Source: Candidatus Aldehydirespiratoraceae bacterium (GTDB taxonomy: Bacteria > Actinomycetota > Acidimicrobiia > Acidimicrobiales > Aldehydirespiratoraceae). Taken from it: DNA of 64,000 bases. Below, in pieces: positions 27,001-34,120 of this stretch; within the stretch, counting starts at the first letter, position 1; every line of letters begins with the position of its first letter. The notes below the pieces were generated by a model. The model was not told where the DNA came from and searched no databases. It worked only from the letters and a program-made list of their open reading frames with translations. The stretch spans positions 479,957 to 543,956 of the forward strand of contig OZ244902.1 in assembly GCA_965221635.1 (NCBI GenBank). Direction: 5' to 3'. A program made the position numbers and the translations under genes.

Positions 27001-30000
27001 TTCCGCCGCCCGCGCTGGTGGCCGCAGTGGTGGCAACGGAATCCCAGTACGCGTCCGAATCCACCGTTGCGCCGCCTGAGGCGCTTCCCACGAGCCCCCC
27101 TAGATCACCCGGAAAGGCCGCGTAGTTGCCGTACTGGACCGAACCCGCCGCGAATCCCTCACGAACCTGGCCACCATCTGCTGACCCGACCAATCCACCC
27201 ACATCGGTGCTGGCATTCCACGGCGCGGACACGGCGGACTTGGAATAGCCGTACTCGATGGTTGCGCCGTTGGCGAAGCCCACAAGCCCACCCACTCGGT
27301 GCCGGCCTCCGTCGGAGTTTGTGTTCGATACCGGTCCGGTGGAGTAACTGCGAGTGAGGTTGATGCTTGATGCTCGGCCCAGCACACCGCCCACGTCGTT
27401 GCTGCCTGTCACCGCGGCGGTTGAGTAACTGTCGGCCATCGTCACCGAGAGTCCTCTCAGGATTCCCACGATGCCGCCTGTGGTGCCCTGATTGCCGGTG
27501 CCCGACACCGTCCCGGTCACACCAACACGGCTGATCGCCGCACGGGCGGTGCCGGCCAGAGCGCCCACGTCGGGCTTGTCTCCCACCACGGAAATGTCCA
27601 CGTCGGCCAAAACCAAGCCGCTTATGGCCGCGCCAACACCGATGTGTTCGAACAGGCCGAAGGACTCGTTGCCGCCTTCGGGTTCGTCGATGTACAGGTT
27701 TGAGATCGTGTGCCCGTTGCCCTTGAACGTCACGCTGTATGAGTTCGAGTCGTCACCGATCGGATCCCAGCCCTTGCCGCTGTTCCAGTAGGCCCCGGCG
27801 TGATCGGCGGCGTCCACATCCCCGTCTCCGTCACTGTCGAAGTCAAGGTCCGACATCAGTTCGTAGCCGTCACAACCGTCGGTGGGGCAGCCCATGGCAG
27901 TGATCGGGCTCGGGAATGCCGTCCGGTAAGCAGCAGCATTGCCGGCTGCATCGGCGGTGCCGTTGCCGTTGAGGTCCCAACGCATGGCATTGAGCTGAGC
28001 CAGGTCGCGAATCTCAAGCAAACCGTCGTTGTCGCCGTCGTAGTCGACGTTGGTGCTCACCGACACGTTCACGGTGGTGCTCACGCTCGCACCGTCGGCG
28101 TCAGTCGCGGTGATCACCAGCGGGCGATCTCCCGAGGCGTTCGCGATCACGTTCACCGTTGCGGTGGCCGCGTCGACTCTCGCAGAGTGATACGACTCGT
28201 GCAGGGTCGACACTGAGTAGTTGAGCGTGGTGCCGTCGGGATCGGTGAACACCGCGGCGCCGGAGGTTTCGAGAGGGATTGAACCCTGCCCGTACAAGGG
28301 AAGGCTCAGCGTGGCGACCGGGTTTGTGACGGTCGGGAATCCGTGGCCCGAAGCCACCGGGAACTCCACGAAGACGGCGCCGTGAGAATCGGTGGCCGTG
28401 ACCCGAATCGTGGCCGTGCCCTTGGCCACACCGGTGATGGTGACCGTGTCGGTGGCGCTGTTCAACGCCACGGTGGCCACCGAGGTGTCCGAAGAGGTGA
28501 CGCTGTAGGTGGGCTTGTCGTTGCTGCAGTATCCGAACACCGGGTTTGTGCCCGCCAGGGCAACCGTCGCGGTGGCGCCCACCGACACGTGCTGACCGGT
28601 GATGTCCCGGTTCTTGTGTACGCGCGTGTTGACGCGCTGGGTGCCGAACTCCGACCAAGTGGCGGCGCCGTCACCGTTGAAGTCCGCCACAATAGCGGGA
28701 TACACACAAGACGTGCCGAAATCCCATTCCGCTGTTGTCCAATCGCTGTAAATCCCCGTGTAGCCGGCAGCGGCAACGGTGGTGTTGGTGTCGATTTGCA
28801 GCTCCGAGGTGGTCTTGCCGGTGCCGCCGTCGCTGGTGGACTGACCCGTTGAGGTGGTGTCCCAATACGAGTCGGCGCTCACAACGCTGGAGTTGTCGAA
28901 CTTGTAACCCAGCAATCCGCCGACATCACCGGATGGGCCGTCGGACACCGCGCCGGTGGCGAAGGACTCGGAGATTTCCGAGAGGGTCAACTGTCCCGCC
29001 AGGCCGCCCACGTATCCGCTGGTGCTCTGAGTGACCGACACCGCACCCGTTGCATAGGACTGGATGACTTTGCTGTAGGCGTACACATCGCCGATGAGGC
29101 CGCCTACTCGGCAGAGCTTGCAGTTGCTTTCGGTGACCGCGCCGGTGGCGTAGCTGCGCTTCGCCGTGGAGTTGCGCAGTGTTCCGATCAGTCCGCCTGC
29201 GGCCACCGCGCCGTCCGAAACGTGGACGGTCACCGAGGCGGTGGAGTAACTGTCGGTGGTGGACGCGGCGTCTGCTCCGTCGGGGGTTCTTTGGTATCCG
29301 ACCAGTCCACCTGCGTGGGTCAGAGATCCGAGGGGAGGCGACAGGTTGCTCACGTTCACCGCGCCGGTGGAGTACACGGCGCGCAACTTGCCGCTGCTGT
29401 GCCCGGCCAGCGCCCCCACCTTCAGGTTGGCTCCGCTCGCGGTTATCGAAACGTCCGGCAGGCCGAGATGACGCACCTCGCCAGCAGTGCCGACCTTGGC
29501 GAACAAGCCGAGTTCGGTGAGGGAGGCTGCGTCTTGTGCGTTGATGTAGAGGTTCGAAATGGTGCGGTTGTTGCCGTCCAGGATGGCGGTGTATTCGCCG
29601 CCGATTGGCGTCCATCCCGCGCCGGAGTTCCAGTACGCGCCGTTGTGATCCGATGCGTCCACGTCGCCGTCGTTGTCCGAGTCGAAGTCCAGGTTGGCGT
29701 TGAGTTCGTAGCCGGTGCATGTGGGAGTCACCGCCTGCGAGTCACATCCCATCGCCGGCGCGGCGTTGGGGAACGCAGCGTCATAAGACGCCTGGTCCGC
29801 GGCTGCCACGGTGCCATCGCCGTCCAGATCCCAGCGCAACGCATTGAACTGCGCCAGATTGGCGATCTCTATGAGGCCGTCGTCGTCGGTGTCGTAATCG
29901 TTGGACAAGGCTTGAGCACCCAGCGGCACCGGTGTCGCGACAACAAGCAAAGCCGCCACCAACGCCATGGCCGCCGAGGCCACGGCCAGCTGCACCCACC

Positions 30001-30510
30001 AAACCCGGCATCTGGGTGGCAGACTGATTCCGATCACTTCGCGATCTACAGTGTCTCGGGCATTATCCCACATTGTTTGACCTCCACAAACAGACTGGCT
30101 GGCAACGTAGCAACGCCCTCGGCTCTTGTAAAGTCGAACGTTCTAGGGTCAGGTGTTGTGGTGGATGAGGGAGAGGTATGGTCTGATCAAAATACCAAGT
30201 AGAAGTTATTTGTCCGGATTTAGAGTGTTGCCAAGAGAACTATTGTCTTGATTAGTGATTGTTGAGTAACACTCATTTGCTTTGGCCAACAAAATCCCAG
30301 CACAAGGCGGAGAAGTCACACTAATGTTGTGTTGCAGAGATCAATAATTTGACAAGCGGATTGTGGGGACTGAGCCAATTCTGCGGGCGAGCCGAGTCTC
30401 GAGACACGCCCTGCAATCATGCAGTTTCAGGCCCACCAGGATGCCGTGCGGCAAAGAACAGTGACCGCAACCAAGAATCGGCGACGCAAACCCGAAAGAC
30501 CCTGCCATGG
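24054..30510. mobile_element. putative inserted cassette bounded by the ligase-3'-end direct repeats (no recombinase inside)
   Basis: Its content is the 1969-aa gene plus its AT-rich upstream region, bracketed by the 23943-24053 and 30511-30622 repeats. Mobility is an inference only. Confidence 0.35.
24164..30073 (-). CDS. giant secreted four-module protein (GLUG-motif beta-helix repeats, Asp-rich Ca-binding-like motifs, Ig-like domains)
   Basis: 1969 aa with an N-terminal hydrophobic signal/anchor (VQLAVASAAMALVAALLVVATPVPLGAQA). There are four copies of the module DYD.DDDGLIE...L.QLNA.RWDL.G.GT...MGC...C.GYEL...LDFDSD.DGDVDA.DH...YWN.G.GW.PIG...GNGHTISNLYI, followed by many (V/A)GGL(V/I/A)G repeats and YWD...KTT.EL...YPAL.ADFNGDG. 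Big/cadherin-like segments lie between modules. GGAGG sits 8 nt before the ATG. Confidence 0.85.
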   Translation of the reverse strand: MWDNARDTVDREVIGISLPPRCRVWWVQLAVASAAMALVAALLVVATPVPLGAQALSNDYDTDDDGLIEIANLAQFNALRWDLDGDGTVAAADQASYDAAFPNAAPAMGCDSQAVTPTCTGYELNANLDFDSDNDGDVDASDHNGAYWNSGAGWTPIGGEYTAILDGNNRTISNLYINAQDAASLTELGLFAKVGTAGEVRHLGLPDVSITASGANLKVGALAGHSSGKLRAVYSTGAVNVSNLSPPLGSLTHAGGLVGYQRTPDGADAASTTDSYSTASVTVHVSDGAVAAGGLIGTLRNSTAKRSYATGAVTESNCKLCRVGGLIGDVYAYSKVIQSYATGAVSVTQSTSGYVGGLAGQLTLSEISESFATGAVSDGPSGDVGGLLGYKFDNSSVVSADSYWDTTSTGQSTSDGGTGKTTSELQIDTNTTVAAAGYTGIYSDWTTAEWDFGTSCVYPAIVADFNGDGAATWSEFGTQRVNTRVHKNRDITGQHVSVGATATVALAGTNPVFGYCSNDKPTYSVTSSDTSVATVALNSATDTVTITGVAKGTATIRVTATDSHGAVFVEFPVASGHGFPTVTNPVATLSLPLYGQGSIPLETSGAAVFTDPDGTTLNYSVSTLHESYHSARVDAATATVNVIANASGDRPLVITATDADGASVSTTVNVSVSTNVDYDGDNDGLLEIRDLAQLNAMRWDLNGNGTADAAGNAAAYRTAFPSPITAMGCPTDGCDGYELMSDLDFDSDGDGDVDAADHAGAYWNSGKGWDPIGDDSNSYSVTFKGNGHTISNLYIDEPEGGNESFGLFEHIGVGAAISGLVLADVDISVVGDKPDVGALAGTARAAISRVGVTGTVSGTGNQGTTGGIVGILRGLSVTMADSYSTAAVTGSNDVGGVLGRASSINLTRSYSTGPVSNTNSDGGRHRVGGLVGFANGATIEYGYSKSAVSAPWNASTDVGGLVGSADGGQVREGFAAGSVQYGNYAAFPGDLGGLVGSASGGATVDSDAYWDSVATTAATSAGGGTAKTTSQLRSETDATVNADTYTGIYSTWADSSWHFGNEIEYPALVADFDGDGASSWAEFGTQRDTSAPSVTNPIAAHTIAVSGQASVHIESAGAEVFDVGTQGALTYTVSSSDSTAATAVLDTTGTVITITGVAAGAAEVSAVATDYYGQTGTATFAVTVVTLLDYDLDDDGLIEVGSLRQLNALRWDLDGNGTVADADSATYLAAFPTAEAGMGCNEDETLTDDQVCTGYELTTSLDFDSDRDGDVDATDHGGVWWNAGKGWAPIGPKYRATFDGNGHTISNLLINQTAGGDDSYGLFAQTAPTASLRNVVLADVNITVAGNKADVGALVGTGRAPISRVGVTGTVVGNAPSGTTGGVAGTFKDSQVEINESYSHAAVTGTNDVGGLIGRSLNAKVSRSYAESDVTVNAPSGQSHLGGGLIGLAESTTMEFAYAFGSVTGPGGSGSSVGGLIGRMSGGTVHEGYAAGPVTAGTNIGGLVGLAENSASVDSDAYWDSTTTGTTTSAGGGAAQTQTGLQGDSETEVGAVGYSGIFATWSNPAWDFGNSKEYPVLMVDFNSDGQASWLEFGRQRSNDHDLDDDGLIEVTSPAQLNAIRWDPAGTGTPGSGDAAAYYEAFKGGQYDAMGCPDSGCTGYELTADINLDTNESGQADSGDLYWNNGAGWLPISHYDARLEGNGHSIRNLHINRNQNYVGLFAELRLGAAVNRLHLGNVDITGGAYNTGALAGLSWAVVAHASSTGNITAGGWIGGLIGESVNHVSYSYSTVDVTATGRVSGGLVGYSNSIITHSYATGHIAGDRRVGGLVGHNSGGLISDSYAAGRVTGKNRVGGLAGINNGFGIQHSYSRATVVGNKNTGGLVGIADSSSDTIYSYWDQTVTGLTTSAGGFAKTTAELIGGGAHSAIYTHWDQAWDFGTSAEYPALRADTNGDGIATVAEFGNQRPPTN

Positions 30511-30622
30511 CGCATGATGCGCCCCCACCCGTACCGCACCCCCGAATGCTGCCGCTTCGACCAACTCGATAGAGCCAGCCCCCATGCCGCCAAGCGAAGT
30601 GCTGACAGCCTCCGGCTAAGCG
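30511..30622 (+). pseudogene. frameshifted relic of a DNA-ligase 3' end (direct repeat copy B)
   Basis: It translates RMMRPHPYRTPECCRFDQLD, against RMVRPRPDRTPESCRFDQLE in the ligase. A 1-nt insertion (cgaTagagcc) then breaks the frame. There is no ligase-like sequence upstream of 30511. Confidence 0.7.
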
Positions 30623-30646
30623 AGCCACATCGAAGGCCTGCGATAT

Positions 30647-30907
30647 CTAGGCGCGAGACTGCGATCCAAGCGGCAGATCCTCGTTGATCCCAACAACCTT
30701 GAGGTCGGGCACCCGTTCCACATCAGCCAGAGCCGACCGCACCGCCTGTGACAGCGATTCCGCCTCCCGGTCGAAACCCAGGTACTGCACGCCGTCGCGG
30801 CTGCCGAGCAGAGCGTCGTCGCAGCCGGCTTCGAACAGCGCGTCCGCCACGGCGTCCGTGTGAAGGTCGGCACCTTCCACGATCAACAGAAAATTGAACG
30901 AATCCAT
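30647..30907 (-). CDS. small acidic hypothetical protein
   Basis: 86 aa from ATG 30907 (MDSFNFLLIVEGADL...), with GGGAGG 6 nt upstream. It lies downstream of and co-oriented with the HTH-ImmA/IrrE gene. No family recognised with confidence. Confidence 0.5.
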   Translation of the reverse strand: MDSFNFLLIVEGADLHTDAVADALFEAGCDDALLGSRDGVQYLGFDREAESLSQAVRSALADVERVPDLKVVGINEDLPLGSQSRA

Positions 30908-31110
30908 CCTCAACCTCCCTCAGCCATGTGCTCGCACTCCCGAAGCGCAGCCAGCAGCCAACGCGCATGATCAGCAGGACTTCGCGGCGTAGAGGGCCAC
31001 TGACCCCTGGGTGGCGCCTCCGACACTACCCGGTGCTTTAGCCGGTCTCGAGTGTTGCGGGGTGTGTGCTTGTGGGAGTGGGAATCCCAGCCTGACCTAG
31101 GGGTGCTTGG

Positions 31111-32187
31111 CTAGGTGTTGGCGGCGCGTTGTGGCTGTGGTGGGTTCGCCACAGGTTGTAGGTGGCGGCGGGCTTGCAGGAACGGGCTGTTTGGGGTGCC
31201 TGGTGAGAACCCTGTGATGCTGTTCACCTCTTGGGGGCTGAGCCCCTGACTGAGCATTGCCTCACCGATGTTGGCTGTGAGCCTGGGGCGCTCGGGCGTG
31301 AGTTGGTCGCTCAACGGTTCCTGACGCCGCCAACCCTTTGCGCTGAAACGCTTGTAGAGGTTGGTGCGCTCACGGACCGTGATCACCTCCAGCCGGTGCG
31401 CGCGCTCGATCAGGGCCTGCATCGAGACACCCCAGTAGCGCTTCAGGTCGTGCAACTTGCCGGTGGTGAGGTTCCGCAGTTGGGAGCGAATCAGGTTGGC
31501 CGGCATCAAGAACTCCGCCGCGAAATCGGTGGCCTCGACCTCCGGGTCGTCGGGCACACCTTGGCTGTGAAGGCACAGGTGCCCGAGTTCGTGCGCCAGC
31601 GTCAGTCGACGGCGGTCCGTTGGCGCTGCAATGTTGAGCATCACCACCGGATGGGTACCGCTCCATTGGGACAAGCCGTCCACGCGCCGTGTTCCGAAAT
31701 CCGAGTCAATGATGACGCAGCCTGCAGCTTCCATCCACTCGGCCACGCTTCGAACGGGACCTTGCGGCATACGCCACTCGGCGCGCAGGATTCGCGCCGC
31801 GGTCGCGGGTTCGTATTCGAATGGATCAAGCCAAGGGAGGGTGAGATCACATCGAATGTCGATCTGTTCGCCGACCTTGTCCACATGCAGCCGGTACAGG
31901 TTCAGCTGGGCCTCCAGCCGTCGCCACGCCGAAGGCTTCGCCGTGGCGCGTCGGCGCATGTGAGCATGGGCGGCCAGCGCACCTTCAAGGCGCCTCGCAC
32001 GTCGCAGGAGATCCGCCGTGACTCCCAATTCGGTAGCGATCCGCGACAGAGCGTCATCAGAAACATCGCGCAGGTCGTTCTCGTAGCGCGACAGCGCCGC
32101 TTGGGTGATGCCCAACCGGTCGGACAGGTCCAGTTGGGTCAGCCCTCGTGCTCTGCGGGCAGTAGCGATGGCCTCGCCCAAACTCAT
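31111..32187 (-). CDS. XRE-family HTH fused to ImmA/IrrE (M78, COG2856) zinc metallopeptidase
   Basis: Start re-picked at ATG 32187 (MSLGEAIATARRARGLTQLDLSDRLGITQAALSRYENDLR is the HTH). A downstream HEXXH (LTLAHELGHLCLH) sits in ImmA/IrrE context. The 559-aa ORF to 32790 is rejected because it runs antisense through hipB. Confidence 0.8.
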   Translation of the reverse strand: MSLGEAIATARRARGLTQLDLSDRLGITQAALSRYENDLRDVSDDALSRIATELGVTADLLRRARRLEGALAAHAHMRRRATAKPSAWRRLEAQLNLYRLHVDKVGEQIDIRCDLTLPWLDPFEYEPATAARILRAEWRMPQGPVRSVAEWMEAAGCVIIDSDFGTRRVDGLSQWSGTHPVVMLNIAAPTDRRRLTLAHELGHLCLHSQGVPDDPEVEATDFAAEFLMPANLIRSQLRNLTTGKLHDLKRYWGVSMQALIERAHRLEVITVRERTNLYKRFSAKGWRRQEPLSDQLTPERPRLTANIGEAMLSQGLSPQEVNSITGFSPGTPNSPFLQARRHLQPVANPPQPQRAANT

Positions 32188-32320
32188 GGCCCAGAATAAA
32201 CCCGGCCCCGAGTAACGGTTGGCCGGGCGGCAAGGTGTCGTTGGTGCTGGTGGCGGGCCTGGACTGGCTTGCGGGTCTTGTATGGATCCGGGGCTTGCGG
32301 AGGATGCGCGGCTCAGCGAT

Positions 32321-32339
32321 CTGTGAAGTATCTTCAGAG
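32321..32339. promoter_or_regulatory. palindromic candidate operator in the divergent ImmA / hipBA control region
   Basis: CTGTGAAGTATCTTCAGAG has 8-nt arms with one mismatch around a central T; the inner arms TGAAG/CTTCA are perfect. It is followed by TAGTAT (32341-32346), only 9 nt before the hipB ATG at 32356. Confidence 0.4.
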
Positions 32340-32355
32340 ATAGTATGCTTTCGAT

Positions 32356-32682
32356 ATGAGTGGGGATCGACCTTTGTTGCCTCAGACTTTGGAGGCGGTT
32401 CGGTTGCTTGGCAGTCAGGTGGCTTTGGCTCGGCGTGAGCGGCGTTGGACACTTGCGGAGCTCGCCGAGCGGGTGGGGGTGTCGGTGGTGACGATCCGCA
32501 AGGTGGAGCGGGGAGATCCCAGCGTCGCTCTGGGCACCGCCCTGGAAGCAGCAGCGCTGGTGGGAGTCGTGCTGTTTGACCCCGACCCCACACGTCGAGC
32601 CTTGGAGGCCGAGATCGTACGGGCACGCCTGGCGTTGCTTCCTGCCACCGTGAGACCTCGCAAAGTCGATGACAACTTCTGA
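32356..32682 (+). CDS. hipB: HipB-like XRE-family antitoxin
   Basis: 108 aa with the HTH WTLAELAERVGVSVVTIRKVERGD. It overlaps the downstream hipA by 14 nt. Confidence 0.75.
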   Translation: MSGDRPLLPQTLEAVRLLGSQVALARRERRWTLAELAERVGVSVVTIRKVERGDPSVALGTALEAAALVGVVLFDPDPTRRALEAEIVRARLALLPATVRPRKVDDNF

Positions 32683-33919
32683 CCCCATCGCCGAAGCGAA
32701 CAGCGCCTTCGTGTGGGTGTGGCTGCCGGGCCACAGCGAGCCCGTGGTGGCGGGCAGGTTGGACGACCGGGGCTCGGTGGTGACCTTCACCTACGCGGCC
32801 AGCTACCTGGAATCCCCCGAGGCGATTGCGCTGTACGAACCCGAGCTGGCGCTGCGGCGTGGAGAACTGGTTCCTCGTTCGGGAGAGATGGCCGGATGCA
32901 TTGCGGATGCCGGCCCCGACGCCTGGGGGCGGCGAGTGATCGAGTATCGCCGCACCGGCGGATACGGGCAACTGTCGCCACTGGCCTATCTGCTGGAGTC
33001 CGGGTCGAATCGAATCGGCGCGCTCGACTTCCAGCGCTCGGCCACCCACTACGAACCTCGGGGCGCTGACACTGCGCCACTGAACGAGCTGGCCGAGGCA
33101 GCCGACCGGTTCGAGTCGGGTGAACCGCTCACCCCTGCGCTCGACAGGGCACTGCTGCACGGAACCTCGGTTGGCGGGGCACGCCCCAAGGCGCTTCTCA
33201 CGGACGCGGATCGCCAACTGATCGCGAAGTTCTCGTCATCGACTGATCCCTATCCGGTGGTGAAGGCCGAGTTCGTCGCTATGGAACTTGCACGCCGGGT
33301 CGGAATAGACGTTGCGCCGGTGGAACTCGTGACCGCGCTCGGCAAGGCGGTACTCCTGGTACACCGGTTCGACCGCCCAAGCGGGGGTGCTCGACGCATG
33401 ATCGTGTCCGCGCTCACGATGTTGGACGCACACGACGCCCTGGGCATCGCAGGGCGCTACTGCACCTACGTGGATCTGGCTCACCGCATCCGGGAGCGCT
33501 TCACCGATGCGGACGCCACCCTGCGCGAGTTGTTCTCACGGATCGTGTTGAACGTCCTGGTCGGAAACACAGACGACCACGCCCGCAACCACTCGGCGTT
33601 CTGGGACGGCACGAACCTGACGCTCACACCCGCCTACGACATCTGTCCCCAACTGCGCGCTGGCGGCGAGGCTGCCCAGGCAATGGCGTTCGGCCCCGAC
33701 GGTGACCGACTGAGCCAAGTGGCGCGATGTGTGACCCACGCAGGCCAATACCACCTCACAACAACCCAGGCACGCGAGATCGTCAACAGCCAAGTGGAAA
33801 CAATCCACGACCACTGGCACGAGGTGTGCGACCTGGCCGCTCTAAACAAACCTGACCGGCAACGACTGTGGGAACGGCAGTTCCTCAACCCCTACGCACT
33901 AGAAGGCCACCACCACTGA
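32669..33919 (+). CDS. hipA: HipA-family serine/threonine kinase toxin
   Basis: 416 aa. It has an N-terminal coupling domain, then GTSVGGARPKALL and the catalytic-loop motif LVGNTDDHARNHSAF. Confidence 0.85.
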   Translation: MTTSDPIAEANSAFVWVWLPGHSEPVVAGRLDDRGSVVTFTYAASYLESPEAIALYEPELALRRGELVPRSGEMAGCIADAGPDAWGRRVIEYRRTGGYGQLSPLAYLLESGSNRIGALDFQRSATHYEPRGADTAPLNELAEAADRFESGEPLTPALDRALLHGTSVGGARPKALLTDADRQLIAKFSSSTDPYPVVKAEFVAMELARRVGIDVAPVELVTALGKAVLLVHRFDRPSGGARRMIVSALTMLDAHDALGIAGRYCTYVDLAHRIRERFTDADATLRELFSRIVLNVLVGNTDDHARNHSAFWDGTNLTLTPAYDICPQLRAGGEAAQAMAFGPDGDRLSQVARCVTHAGQYHLTTTQAREIVNSQVETIHDHWHEVCDLAALNKPDRQRLWERQFLNPYALEGHHH

Positions 33920-33952
33920 TCTGAGCACCAAGGTGAATCAGTGGCCTTGCCC

Positions 33953-34120
33953 TCAACCGCCGAACTCGGTGGCATCGTCGTGTTCCTCTATTCCCGGAAG
34001 CCTCTCGAGCCCCCTGTCAAAGCCTCTTTGCTCCCGGCGCGTGCGTTCCAGGTCCTCAAGCACATCGCTGCCAGCAAGACGGACTCGACGCTCAGCCTCC
34101 ACCCCTGGCAGCATCAACAT
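33953..34120 (-). CDS. 55-aa charged ORF translationally coupled to the methyltransferase (absent from the ORF track, under 60 aa)
   Basis: Hand translation gives MLMLPGVEAERRVRLAGSDVLEDLERTRREQRGFDRGLERLPGIEEHDDATEFGG*. Its ATG (34120-34118) shares a base with the methyltransferase TGA (34122-34120). Confidence 0.35.
   Translation of the reverse strand: MLMLPGVEAERRVRLAGSDVLEDLERTRREQRGFDRGLERLPGIEEHDDATEFGG

Noticed and set aside
30349-30687. 112-aa plus-strand ORF
   Set aside because: Its only protein-like part is the frameshifted copy of the ligase C-terminus. It is treated as a pseudogene fragment, not a gene.
32188-32790. N-terminal 201 codons of the 559-aa ORF 31111-32790
   Set aside because: This part lies antisense to hipB and the start of hipA and has junk composition. 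A clean HTH begins exactly at the internal ATG 32187.
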